A stretch of DNA of 54,775 nucleotides from Octopus bimaculoides (lineage: Eukaryota): assembly GCF_001194135.2 (NCBI RefSeq), contig NC_068984.1, forward strand, positions 66,962,870 to 67,017,644, written 5' to 3'. Under the pieces are notes generated by a model. The model was given only the letters and a program-made list of their open reading frames with translations, had not been told where the DNA came from and searched no databases. Position numbers and translations under genes: made by a program. Positions 1 through 12,707 of this stretch are shown piece by piece (positions within the stretch are counted from its first letter, which is position 1; each line of letters opens with the position of its first letter).

Positions 1-33
1 TATATACATACATACACACATATATATGTATAT

Positions 34-73
<40 letters not shown>

Positions 74-626
74 TATGTATGTGTGTGTGTGTAATCATCA
101 TTTTACAATATCAGTGTGCTCTCTATGTTCATTGTCATGCATCAACATCCTAATTCTTTATATTTAAAATATTAAATGTGGATTTCATGCTTCTTGTTCT
201 TGTAATGTACACCTAAACTCTTCTTGAACATGCATACAATAGCAGCTTAAAGAAAATTAAACTAAAATCTTTAGGCAGATTTATTGTGAGGACAAGCAAA
301 TATATTTCTAAAAAAAATGCTGTCTTTATAGAAACATTAACACACACACACACACAGCACAAAAATGCCCACCACCATCATGAAAAAATATAGGGACGCA
401 GTTGATATATAATATTTTTAGAAGATTTATGAATTCTTTATTTGTATTTCATACAACAAACTATATGAATGGACATATATATTTGTATTTCTCTGTGTAT
501 CTTCAGTACATTTGCTTTATATTTTAACAGATAGGTAGCTTTTACAATAAAGAGATTAGAATTTTCACAATGTGGCCAAAAAGAAATAACAACAACAAAA
601 ATGCATATTCAAGTGCAACTGTAATA

Positions 627-689
<63 letters not shown>

Positions 690-1182
690 NNNNNNNNNNG
701 AGAGAGAGAGAGAGAGGGGACTGACAGAGAGAAAAAAAATAACAAGCAAAATAAATAAATAAACTATCTATTCTTTCAGATTAAATAATCCAAGAATATT
801 CACACTGAAAATAATGTCCACAGCAATAACCAAACAAGTTTCTTCATAAATATCCTGCAACCTAGAAAAACAGTTTTCTGAACAAAGATATTTGAAAACT
901 AATTCCTTAAGTCAATGGCAAACTGCTTTGGTTGAAAAACAAATTATTGTCTTTTGTATATAAATACAAATAAGGAAAGAGATATTTCAAGAGTTTGTGT
1001 TGTTTTACTTATTGTTTTTTTTTTGGTGTTTTTTGTTTTTAATTTCTTCTGTTCATGACGCTTTATGAAATGAAGATTAATATTTTATATTTGATAAGTT
1101 CTTTTGTGTAAGTTAGTCATCGAGTTTCATTATCACAGTAGGAGAAACATGGTAAATTGTCCCAGTGTTTAATGATAAATAT

Positions 1183-1235
<53 letters not shown>

Positions 1236-1537
1236 TATTATTATTGTTATTATTATTATTATTACTATTATTATTATCATCACCATCATCATTATTATTA
1301 TTATTAATTTATTTCTGATATTGTGTTATAGTTAATGTTTTGTCTTTATAGCTATATGAATGCACAAATTGAAAATCAGAAGAAAAATGTGGTTAAAAAA
1401 GATAACTGCAAGAGAACTATGCAAAGAAAGACATGAATCCTTCCTTGCTGCTTATTTCTTAATAGCTAAACATATAAAGGAGGGAGATTCTCATTTTCTA
1501 TTNNNNNNNNNNNNNNNNNNNNNNNNNNNNNNNNNNN

Positions 1538-2098
1538 GATTTTGCCTTTCATCCTTTCAGGGTCGATAAAATAAGTATGAGTTGAGCACTGGAGCTGATG
1601 CAATAAATTAGCCCCCATTCCCCAAAATTTGGGGCTTTGTGCTTATAGTAGAAAGGATTCTTATTATTAGGACAGCAAGCTGTCAGAATTGTCAGAGCTG
1701 AGTGGTATTCATTGTAGCACTTTACATTTTGAGTTCAAATCCTGTCAAAATGAACTTTACTCTTCATCTCTCATGGTTCAATGAAAAAAAGTACCAGTCT
1801 GATACTGGGGTTGATGTGATCAACTGACTCACTCCTTTCAAAACTATAAGTGCTGTGTCTAAATTAGAATGAATTATTATTCTTAGAGCAGTGAATTGGC
1901 AGAATTATTAAAGTATTGGACAAAATTCTTCTAGCTCTTTATATTCTGTGTTCAGTTCTTACCAATGTCAACTTTACCTTTCATGCCTCTGAGGTTGATA
2001 AAACAAAGTACCAGTTAAATACTGGAGTCAGTGTATTTGATTAACCACATTACCCTCAAAATTGCTAGGCTTATACCTATATAAGAAACATCATTATT
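1538..2098 (+). mobile_element. Three head-to-tail copies of tRNA-derived SINE 'B' (~210 bp); the first is cut by a gap
   Basis: The body 'gagttcaaat...ctttgcctttcatcc...gataaaa..agtaccag...actgggg..gatgt' is repeated at ~1538, ~1670 and ~1885. Each copy ends in (TTA)n. The B-box-like GAGTTCAAATCC lies at ~1740. Confidence 0.8.
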
Positions 2099-2770
2099 AA
2101 CCACAGACAGCAAGTAATGGGATAAAATAAAGTTTCTGTAAACGTTAGATTTTGCTTTTGTGCTTTTGATGTATTTCTTTCTCATGTGAGGTGTTACTGA
2201 CTGAGCATATAGGTGCCACAGCGTTGTAAAGTATACAAGTCATCAAAGCTGAAAATGCTTTTGGTTATAGTCTGCTCAATCAAAGATAACCTGGGGCTAA
2301 ACAACAAAACAACAACAACATCTAACATGAGTAATTTTTCTCACTCATCTACTAAATCCTACAAACTCTGGCATGGCCTGCTTACGTTTACGGAGAACAT
2401 GAATAATGAAATAAACAGAATCAGTTTTCAAGTCTATTAGTGTGTGTGTATTCATATGTGATTGGAGAAAGAAACATTTATCCAGAATTTCAGACTTGAC
2501 AATTTTTCAACAACAAATATTCACTACTTTGCCAGACAACAAAAGATTTCAAATATATAACTGTCACTTTTTACATGAAAAGTTTAAAAATTTTAAATAA
2601 ACAAAACAATTAGAAAATATCTATCTAAATGCTAGTATTTAGACAGATGTCTTCAAATAGCTTGTTCATCTGAAATTTTTGATTTCTTCTAAAGAAATGA
2701 TGATTTTTTTGAAAATTCTTTTTATCTGAAACCTATGCACACATATGCACATGCACAAAAACATGAACGT

Positions 2771-2822
<52 letters not shown>

Positions 2823-2885
2823 ATTTAATAACAGTTTCATTCAGCCTCATATTAGTCAAGGCTTTTATGGACATAGAAGACACCC

Positions 2886-2936
2886 ACATCTGACGATGCT
2901 GGCACGTTTTACAGCCACAGAACTTGAAGTAATTTC
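2886..2936 (+). ncRNA. Degenerate minimal hammerhead-ribozyme-like motif
   Basis: CTGACGA at 2890-2896; helix II GCTG/CAGC; GAAC (one A short of GAAA-C); palindromic ACTTgAAGT followed by A. Helix I is weak. Confidence 0.3.
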
Positions 2937-3304
2937 GATCTGATTGAAGGATATACAGTTATTATTAAATATAGACAAACATAATTAAATGTGCAGAGTG
3001 ATACTTTCTTTAATTTGTCCACTCACTCATATAAACATAAATATATACATATCATATATATATCTATGTATGTGCACTTGTATATATGCATATATTCTTT
3101 AATTTTGTTTGCAGGAAACATTTTGAATATGCATATAAAAACTCCTATTCTATTATGCCAGCTACAGCCTAACGATGCCAACTAGTGATACCAGTTTTTT
3201 TTGGATGCACTGAGCTGTGCCCATATAATGTAGGATAAATATAGTAATTACAATATTAATCATTGAATTCCATCCAAGGATTATTATTGTTATTACTATA
3301 TATA

Positions 3305-4173
3305 CAGGGTGTGATGGGTAAATTGTCGCCATTTTATATTTCTAATTTCATGCATGTGCATTGTTTGTCTTTGAGTTCATAGTATAGTAGGGACAGTTGG
3401 GCACCATCTGTGAGAAAAACAGCACCATGATGCAATTCACTCTGCCAGAAAGTTGGAAACACCATGCTGTACTGCTTGGCATTCACACTGGAAGCTCCAA
3501 TATGAGCATTTCTGAGTGTTTGAGTGTTAATCTGAGGACAGTGCAATCTGACGACAGTGCAGTCTGAGGACATGTACTAAGATGATAACAATCAAACATC
3601 CAGTCAACATCATGGTGTTTGGAGTGAACACTAGTGATGGTGACATTATGCCTCCATTCATCTCCTCACACAGCCTCAACACTGGGCCTACATCAAGTGT
3701 CCTGGATGAAGTGGGTGGCTGCTGGAAGACCCTATGTCTAGCAACAGGACTCTGCACCATGCCACACAAGCAGGAGAACCCAGTCATAGCTTTCAGACAA
3801 TTTCTGAAACTACACCACTCCTAACATCTGGCCATGTAACTCCACAGACTGCAACCCCTTCGATTATTATGTGTGGAGCACAGTTGAGTGAGAGACCAAT
3901 AAAACTCCTTTTAACACCAAAGACGAACTGAAGGCAAGGATTATAGCAGCATTCTCCAACTAAAACAAGGAAACCGTCCAGAAGAGTTGCAAGAGATTCT
4001 GAAGTCGTATGGAGGCCGTAGTTTAAGCCAATGGTAATTTTGTTGAATAAATTTACTGTTTAATATTTCAAGATACTTTTATATAATTTTGGTAAACATA
4101 TCTGTTGAAATGAGGTGTCAGTGTTATTTTCATTTTTGCATAATTTAGAAGACAGTTTATTCACTGCACCCTG
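3305..4173 (+). mobile_element. Internally deleted Tc1/mariner element, DD37D (maT) family
   Basis: TA on both sides. Imperfect ~23-bp TIRs (CAGGGTGTGATGGGTAAATTGTC / CAGGGTGCAGTGAATAAACTGTC). Remnant peptides KHPVNIMVFGV and QQDSAPCH...WPCNSTDCNPFDYYVW, with 37 residues between the second and third Asp. Multiple stops. Confidence 0.92.
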
Positions 4174-4320
4174 TATATATATGTATTGTATCATGTGTAT
4201 ACATACAAATGTACAACTGTATTGTTATATTTACAGCTCCAGGTAGACTACCATCATCCAGTCGGCTTCCAGTATAGTGGTTAAGGAACTACTATACTTA
4301 TTACTATTACTTGTTATGAA

Positions 4321-4530
4321 AAGGTGGCAACCTTACAGAGTAGTTAGCATCCTGGACAAAATGCTTAGAGGCATTTTGTCCATCTTTATGTTCTGAGTTC
4401 AAATTCTGCTGAAGCTGACTTTGCCCTTCATCCTTTTGGGGTTGATAAAATATGTACCAGCTGAGTACTGGAGCCGATGTAATTGACTTGCCCCTCCCCC
4501 AAAATTGCTGGCCTTGTGCTAATATTTGAT
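4321..4530 (+). mobile_element. SINE B, full-length copy
   Basis: Starts AAGGTGG; B-box-like GAGTTCAAATTC; same body as the 1538-2098 and 44683-46105 copies. Confidence 0.85.
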
Positions 4531-5129
4531 GTTGATATTACTTGTTATGATGATATATGGAGCAAATGAGCAAAAGAGGAAATGTTGGAGAAATGGTGAA
4601 ATGCACATAGGGACAAATAATATAAACTTGTGTCTTAATGTAATTTCTCTTATATATATATATGTGTGTGTGAGTGAGTGTGTGTGTGTGTGTGTGTATG
4701 TGTGTGTATGTGTGTGTATTGTCGATGGTTCTTTTCCAAAATTTCAGTCTACCTAAGTGACATGTTAGGCTTTTGTCATGCTATGATTATGGCAGAAAAC
4801 AAGGTAAAAATTCATCTACCGATGTGTCACGTGGTAGAATTGAACCTGGTTCTTTGTAATTGTAAAGTGAACTTTCTAACCACACAGTCAACTATACACC
4901 CCATGTATAAAATACTATAACAACGTCATTCATATTGGTCAGTTGTCTTCTCACATTGTAACTATTACAGACAGACCAAATTAATCTGCTTTCCACTATG
5001 TTTGATATTGAAGAAAATATTGTTCAAATCTATGTGACTATTTATTCCAAGAGAACCAATTGTGTTTATCATAAAAAGTAGAGGTGCTGGTGGTGGTGGT
5101 GCTATGGGGAATTTATTCTTCTCCAATGG

Positions 5130-5164
<35 letters not shown>

Positions 5165-6070
5165 TATTATCATCATCATCATCGTTATTGTTATTTTTAT
5201 TGTTAATGTTTTTATTCTCCTCATTCCCATCCACTTGTTCTAATCTCTGCTTTAGTTTGATACACACACACACACACACACNNNNNNNNNNNNNNNNNNN
5301 NNNNNNNNNNNNNNNNNNNNNNNNNNNNNNNNNNNNNNNNNNNNNNNNNNNNNNNNNNNNNNNNNNNNNNNNNNNNNNNNNNNNNNNNNNNNNNNNNNNN
5401 NNNNNNNNNNNNNNNNNNNNNNNNNNNNNNNNNNNNNNNNNNNNNNNNNNNNNNNNNNNNNNNNNNNNNNNNNNNNNNNNNNNNNNNNNNNNNNNNNNNN
5501 NNNNNNNNNNNNNNNNNNNNNNNNNNNNNNNNNNNNNNNNNNNNNNNNNNNNNNNNNNNNNNNNNNNNNNNNNNNNNNNNNCACAACATAAATATACACA
5601 CCCACATATGAATCATACTAGCATGGAAGGCGGATGTTAAACAATGATGATAATGATGATGATATATATATAGTAAGATGAATAGAGATTTAGATAGAAT
5701 GAACAAGAAGATTATGAGATTATTTGAATTATTCATAAAAAGAGTAGAAAAAGCATCCTTTTATTTTCAAAAGAGACAGAAATTAGAGAATTTATCTGAA
5801 TTTTAGGATGGCGTTGGTAAACAGAATAGCAATGTTAATATTAAATGAATAAAATTAAGAGAAACAAGAATAGAAAACCTGATCCCGGTATTGATAATAA
5901 TCATGATGTTATATATTCTACCAAATTTCTTAGTTTTTTATTGGTTTTGTCTGAAAGAAGGTGCTGTACCCATTCATACCTTTTTAGCATCCCTTCCGAG
6001 ATCAGTGAGGTTCAAGTGGTTAACATTCTACCAAAATTGTACCAAGTTCACTGTTACAAGAAAGCAATAC

Positions 6071-6277
6071 TCTTTACTTTTTTACTTGTTTCAGTCATTT
6101 AACTGCAGCCATGCTGGAGCACCGCATTTAGCCGAGCAAATCGACCCCAGCAGTTATTCTTTGTAAGCCTAGTACTTATTCTATCGGTCTCTTTTGCCGA
6201 ACCGCTAAGTTACGGGGACGTAAACACGCCACAAACGGTTGTCAAGTGATGGTGAGGGGACAAACACAGACACACAA

Positions 6278-6342
<65 letters not shown>

Positions 6343-6515
6343 CATATATACGACAGGCTTCTTTCAGTTTCCGTCTACCAAATCTACTGACAAGGCTTTG
6401 GTCGGACCGAGGCTATAGTAGAAGACACTTGCCCAAGATGCCACGCAGTGGGAATGAACCCCGGAAACATGTGGTTGGTAAGCAAGCTACTTACCACACA
6501 GCCACTCCTGCACCT
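6071..6515 (-). mobile_element. tRNA-derived SINE 'A' (~430 bp) with internal (CA)n/(TA)n tract
   Basis: The reverse complement has the head 'ggtgcaggagtggctgtgtggtaag...gggttcattccc', then the body to 'gaaactgaaagaagcc', a microsatellite, and the tail 'gctccagcatggctgcagt..aatgactgaaacaagtaaa'. Confidence 0.9.
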
Positions 6516-6554
6516 ATTGCTCTTCTCATTTAAAAGTTTTACATCAAGTGAACT

Positions 6555-6730
6555 GCTTACTGGTATTTCATCCGTCTTTATATTCTGAGTTCAAATTCCA
6601 ATGGGTCAACTTTGCCTTTCATCTTTTCAAGGTTGATAAAATCAGTATCACCTGAGCACTGGGGTTGATGTAATTGACTTACAACCTGCCCTGAAATTGC
6701 TGGCCTTGTGCCAAGATTTAAAACCAATAT
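6555..6730 (+). mobile_element. SINE B, 5'-truncated
   Basis: 'ttctgagttcaaattcc...tttgcctttcatc...gttgataaaat...gcactggggttgatgtaattgac...aaattgctggccttgtgcc'. Confidence 0.8.
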
Positions 6731-6753
6731 TTTTTTTTTCTTCTCTTTCATAT

Positions 6754-7190
6754 AAGGCATGGCTGTGTGGCAAAAATTTTCCTTCCAATTATATGGTTCT
6801 GGGCTCAGTCCCACTTCGTAGCACCTTGTGTAAGCATATTCAATTATATCTCCAGAGTGCTCAAATCTTTGTGAGTGCATTTCGGAGACAAAAACCAGAA
6901 GAAACCTGTTGTGTTTATGTGTATAAATATATGTGTGTGTGTGTGTGTGTTTGTGCGTGCATGTGTGTGTGTGTATCTATAAGTATTTGTGCTTGTCCCC
7001 ACTATAACCTGACAATCATTTCTGATTTGCTCATGTCTTCATAACTTTAGCAGTTTGGCAAAAGAGACTGATAGACAAAGTACCAGACTTAAATTATGTA
7101 CAGAGGTCAAAATGTTAAAAAAAAAACCTTCAAGGCAGTGTTCTTGCATGGCTACAGTTCAATGAGTAAAGCAAATAAAAGAAAAGATAA
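6754..7190 (+). mobile_element. SINE A, diverged
   Basis: Head ggcatggctgtgtgg...gggctcagtccc; internal (TG)n; tail caaggcagtgttcttgcatggctacagt. Confidence 0.75.
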
Positions 7191-7258
7191 AGGAGAGTTT
7201 CGTATGACCCATGCAAGCAGGGAAAAGTGGATGTTAAAATGAAATGATATTGAATTCA

Positions 7259-7640
7259 TAGGCGCAAGCATGACTGTGGTAAGAAGCTTGGTTTTCAGCC
7301 ACATGGTTCCCAGTTCAGTCCCACTCTGTGACACCTTGGGCAAGTGTCTTCTACTATAGCTTTGGGCCGATTTGTGAGTGGATTTAGTAGATAGAAACTG
7401 GAAGAAGCCTATTATGTGTGTGTGTGTGTGTGTGTCCTCCTATCACTGCTTGACAACCGGTGTTGGTGTGTTTATGTCCCTGTAAACTAGCAGTTCAACA
7501 AAAGAGGCTAATAGAATAAGTACTAGGCTTTAAAAAAATAAGTCCCGGAATCAATTTGTCTGATTAAAACCCTTCAAGGCAGTACTCCAACATGGCCACA
7601 GTCAAATGTTTGAAATGAGTAAAGGAAAGGAAGAAAGGAA
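7259..7640 (+). mobile_element. SINE A
   Basis: Head ggcgcaagcatgactgtggtaagaag...cagttcagtccc; internal (TG)n; tail atagaataagtactaggctt...gtactccaacatggccacagtcaaatg. Confidence 0.85.
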
Positions 7641-7872
7641 TAACAAGATCAATAATTTGAATCAGTATATTGGCGTAAACATTAGAGCTTAGGACAAAAT
7701 ATCTTTGCACTCTGAGTTCAAATCCCACCGATGTCAACTTTCATCTTTTGGGGATCAATATACAACTTACCAGTCCAAGACAATGAAATGGTAGAATTAT
7801 TGGAGTAGCAGACAGGATCTCTAGCAGTAATTGTTCTGGCTCATTGAAGTCTGAAATCTTAGTAGACCTTAA

Positions 7873-8106
7873 CCCTTTAGCATTCAGATTATTCTATCAA
7901 GGGTAATGCATATTTTTTCACATTGATTTTAATTTACTCTGCATTATTTCGTAGCTTTGTGATTTTGATTAAGTGACTGAATATGTTTTTGACTAACATT
8001 GTATGGTATGTGTGGGAGGCTGGATCTGGTCAGTTTCAACATAAAACAGGAAGAATATACAGGAAGAATATTTTGGCCGGATATGGCTGGTTTAAATGCT
8101 AAAGGG
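7873..8106. mobile_element. piggyBac-like MITE (family 1)
   Basis: TTAA on both sides (7869-7872, 8107-8110). Perfect 12-bp TIR CCCTTTAGCATT/AATGCTAAAGGG. No coding capacity. Confidence 0.85.
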
Positions 8107-8569
8107 TTAAACCCTTGTCTAGTTTACCACCACTAACTAGTCTTTGGGAATTTCTAAATTAGGTCTACTCTCTTGCAAGCATTTGAGCTAGGTCTCTGGT
8201 TTATGAATAACTTTTTCCCACCAATTTCAGAAACACAGAAAAGAAATAAAATCCATCTTTGTTTAATGGTAAAAAAACAAAAATTGAGAAATGCTGTAAG
8301 AAGTGAAGAAGCTAACATCTTGGACTGGGCCCTTACAATTTATCTGAAAGTGAGGATGATAGAAACTGTAGATTTTTTTCCAACTCACAACCAAAATGAC
8401 AACATCACTGTTACTCTCTTCTTCATTCTCAAAGAGTGAGGGTCCTAAATGTTAGATATTTCTTCACCCACCATTAATTCAAGTCAAATGTTAACAGACT
8501 TCTTCTGTTACTAGTATTATTGTTGTTGTAACTCTTGTTATTTATAACTGAGCATACCTATGATTAAAA

Positions 8570-9030
8570 TCATTTGTGAGAGACTTGGCTGCTATTTCTG
8601 CTGAATTAAATGAGTACATACAGGCTCTCTTTCATTGTTATTTAGGCTCATGTCAAACCCAATCAAGTATAACTCTGATGAAAGGCATTCCATCCATGAC
8701 CACCCCATTGTATCTATTTAAGACTACATTGTTGGCGTTAGGAAGAGCATCCAGTAGTAGAAACCATGCCAAAGCAGAAACTGGAGTATGATCCAGTCCT
8801 TGACTCATCATATCCTTGTCAAACCATCCAATCGATGTCACCATGGATGTTAGATGATGATGATGATGATAATGGTGGTAGTGGTGGTCATGATGATGAT
8901 GATGATGCTGATATTACCCAATATAACTTTTCCCACCCTTTCTTTTTTAAGACAGTTAGGTCTTGATTTAAGAGATATTTCACTGCTATTTCTTGCAGGA
9001 CAAGCATGAACTAATGAATGACTATGTACA
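8570..9030 (+). repeat. Unclassified dispersed repeat 'C', with a nested RTE-type 3' tail fragment (~8728-8910)
   Basis: The motif 'gatt/atttg..ga.a.tt..ctgctatttct' recurs at ~8580, ~8985, ~47955 (reverse) and ~54075. It is interrupted by 'ttggcgttaggaagagcatcc...gatgatgat'. Confidence 0.55.
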
Positions 9031-9514
9031 TGACCACTCAACCTCATAAAAGTAACAACCAAATCTCCCACAAATCACTTTGATCGTAGGTCTGTGCAAT
9101 CATAGACGACAGGAGGCTAAGCAAACATAATAGCACAGAGAAAAGTCTATTAACATTGGTTTTGAATCCATGCTGACAGAATGCATAGTGTGAAGAATGG
9201 TGAAGAGAAAATGAGAACAAGACAGGAGTTCCCAAGAGATCTACTTCTCAAGAAGTAGGATTGAATATTTGATTTTACTACAGAGCCAAATTTTATTATT
9301 TTTCAATGTACTCTTAGGTTAAGATTATGCTAATATTTTTAACCATTTTTCATTTATTCCATAATTTATTCTGAGAATTCCGTCTTCATCATTCTCATTC
9401 ATTTGAACTGTTGCAAATTTCTGTGCTAACTTTCCTCCATCCGCACAAATTATAAACAGTGTAAATACACTTTGTACCTAATTCAAAATTTTGGATTGAT
9501 TTTAAAAAAAAAAT

Positions 9515-9578
<64 letters not shown>

Positions 9579-9852
9579 TAAATGTATGAGAAAGTGCATG
9601 GAAAGGAGAGAAATTTGATATATTTTAATCTATTTAGAATTTAAAAAAAACTATAAATTTGAGGCCTTGAAAGTTTTAAAAAAAAGTACATATATAAATA
9701 AAAGAAAACTAGAAAGAAATAAAACCTTGGAAACATATCATCTAGTTCTATCCAATTCTGTAGCTCTTTATTGATATAATTGATTTATTGGTTAGCTGAA
9801 GTGAGGAATATGCAAAGGAAAGTTGTGGGAGCAATGTTGAAATTCATCACGA

Positions 9853-9894
<42 letters not shown>

Positions 9895-10869
9895 NNNNNN
9901 NNNNNNNNNNNNNNNNNNNNNNNNNNNNNNNNNNNNNNNNNNNNNNNNNNNNNNNNNNNNNNNNNNNNNNNNNNNNNNNNNNNNNNNNNNNNNNNNNNNN
10001 NNNNNNNNNNNNNNNNNNNNNNNNNNNNNNNNNNNNNNNNNNNNNNNNNNNNNNNNNNNNNNNNNNNNNNNNNNNNNNNNNNNNNNNNNNNNNNNNNNNN
10101 NNNNNNNNNNNNNNNNNNNNNNNNNNNNNNNNNNNNNNNNNNNNNNNNNNNNNNNNNNNNNNNNNNNNNNNNNNNNNNNNNNNNNNNNNNNNNNNNNNNN
10201 NNNNNNNNNNNNNNNNNNNNNNNNNNNNNNNNNNNNNNNNNNNNNNNNNNNNNNNNNNNNNNNNNNNNNNNNNNNNNNNNNNNNNNNNNNNNNNNNNNNN
10301 NNNNNNNNNNNNNNNNNNNNNNNNNNNNNNNNNNNNNNNNNNNNNNNNNNNNNNNNNNNNNNNNNNNNNNNNNNNNNNNNNNNNNNNNNNNNNNNNNNNN
10401 NNNNNNNNNNNNNNNNNNNNNNNNNNNNNNNNNNNTATATATATATATATTTATTTGTGTGTGCATATGTTAGCATTTGTGTATAATGTGAATATAAACA
10501 CCTACACATACTTATAGAGATATACTTGTACACTCTCACTCACACTTAGATTAAATGTTTTGACCTATCTAACCTGAAATACTGCTGTTTTTATTTTTTG
10601 GTTTTTCTTGTGTGGTGTGTGTGTGTGTATATGTAAGGTTGTGGGTAGTTATTGCATTTTATTTCATTCCATATTTTGACAGATTTGATCTTGGATGTCT
10701 ATATAATTAAATCGTTCTTGAAAATGGATTTTTTTCCCTTTCCTCTTCCAACAAAGATTTCTTTAATCCATTATCTTCTCCACCCACCCTTATATATTTA
10801 AAAAAATAAAAATTGAAAAACAAAGCTAAAACACCAAAATAAAAACGCACACAGACACATATACGAATG

Positions 10870-10912
<43 letters not shown>

Positions 10913-12120
10913 ACACACACATACACAGAAATGTATACACATAACATAAAATTGCAAAAGAAAGAAATAAACAAAACGTTTTGTTACAAATTGTTGCTGT
11001 TGATGTTGTTGTTGTTGTTACTCTTATTTTTATTGTTGTTGTTGTTGTTGTATAATATGTTGGTCATAAAATAGAAAGAAACAAACACTCCCCTAAGAAT
11101 ATGTAAAAAGCAAACAAGACAAATTATTCATGCTCACAACAAATTCTTGATGTTGTTTTTGCTTGTTGTTGCTGTTATTTTTGTTGTTATTGTTGCTGTT
11201 GTTGTTGTTGTTGTTGTTGTTGCTGTTGTTGTTGTTGTTAATGTTTTTGTTAGTGTTGTTGTTGTGTAATGTGTTTTATTACTTATTTTTCTTTCCATAC
11301 ATTGGTCTTGAAAATGAAAAATAATCCAGAAAAAGAACAAGAGAGAAAAATAGAGAGAGAGAGAAAGGCAATAAAGAAACTTAATATCCTCCCCACCCNN
11401 NNNNNNNNNNNNNNNNNNNNNNNNNNNNNNNNNNNNNNNNNNNNNNNNNNNNNNNNNNNNNNNNNNNNNNNNNNNNNNNNNNNNNNNNNNNNNNNNNNNN
11501 NNNNNNNNNNNNNNNNNNNNNNNNNNNNNNNNNNNNNNNNNNNNNNNNNNNNNNNNNNNNNNNNNNNNNNNNNNNNNNNNNNNNNNNNNNNNNNNNNNNN
11601 NNNNNNNNNNNNNNNNNNNNNNNNNNNNNNNNNNNNNNNNNNNNNNNNNNNNNNNNNNNNNNNNNNNNNNNNNNNNNNNNNNNNNNNNNNNNNNNNNNNN
11701 NNNNNNNNNNNNNNNNNNNNNNNNNNNNNNNNNNNNNNNNNNNNNNNNNNNNNNNNNNNNNNNNNNNNNNNNNNNNNNNNNNNNNNNNNNNNNNNNNNNN
11801 NNNNNNNNNNNNNNNNNNNNNNNNNNNNNNNNNNNNNNNNNNNNNNNNNNNNNNNNNNNNNNNNNNNNNNNNNNNNNNNNNNNNNNNNNNNNNNNNNNNN
11901 NNNNNNNNNNNNNNNNNNNNNNNNNNNNNNNNNNNNNNNNNNNNNNNNNNNNNNNNNNNNNNNNNNNNNNNNNNNNNNNNNNNNNNNNNNNNNNNNNNNN
12001 NNNNNNNNNNNNNNNNNNNNNNNNNNNNNNNNNNNNNNNNNNNNNNNNNTATTTAATGTTCATGAGAGCAAAAGTCAAGAAGAAATGTTGGTGGTAATAT
12101 ATAAATACATGTTGGCAAAT

Positions 12121-12138
12121 TATCTATCTGTCTGTCTA

Positions 12139-12181
<43 letters not shown>

Positions 12182-12310
12182 TATGTCTGTCTTATGTCTG
12201 TCGTATGTCTGTCTGTCTGTCTGTCTGCCTGCCTGTCTGTCTGTCTATCTGTCTGTCTGTCTGTCTGTCTGTCTACCTACCTGTCTGTATGTCTGTCTGT
12301 ATATCTATCT
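12121..12310. repeat. (TCTG)n/(TCTA)n compound tetranucleotide microsatellite
   Basis: Directly visible. Confidence 0.95.
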
Positions 12311-12700
12311 ATGGCTGTATGGTAAGAAGCTTCCTTCCCAACCACATGGTACCAAGTTCAGTCCCACTGCATGGCACTTCGGGCAAGTATCTTCTACTAT
12401 AGCCTTGGGCTGACCAAAGCCTCATGATTGGATTTATTTGATGGAAACTGAAAGAAGCCCATCATATATATATATATATGTTTGTGTCCTTGTGTCTTCG
12501 TTTGTCCTCTCATCACCACTTGACAACTGGCGTTGGTGTGTTTACATCCCCGTAACTTAGCAAAAGAAACTGATATAATAAGTACTAGGCTTAAAAAATA
12601 AGTTCTAGGGTCAATTTATTTGACTAAAAAAACCCTTCAATGTGGTGCTCCAGCATTGCTGCAGTCAAATGACTGAAACAAGTAAAAGAATAAAAGAATA
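12311..12700 (+). mobile_element. SINE A
   Basis: Head atggctgtatggtaagaag...agttcagtccc; internal (TA)n; tail ends gactgaaacaagtaaaagaataaaagaata. Confidence 0.88.
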
Positions 12701-12707
12701 TATATAA

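Noticed and set aside
8337-8343. 7-nt micro-exon-like segment with a strong acceptor and GTAAGG donor (minus strand)
   Set aside because: It cannot be distinguished from chance without RNA data.
9325-9477. Minus-strand 50-codon frame VQSVFTLFIICADGG..., vaguely cadherin-like
   Set aside because: Only a DGG-type resemblance. It lacks the DxNDNxP motif, has no good donor, and an alternative frame is equally plausible.
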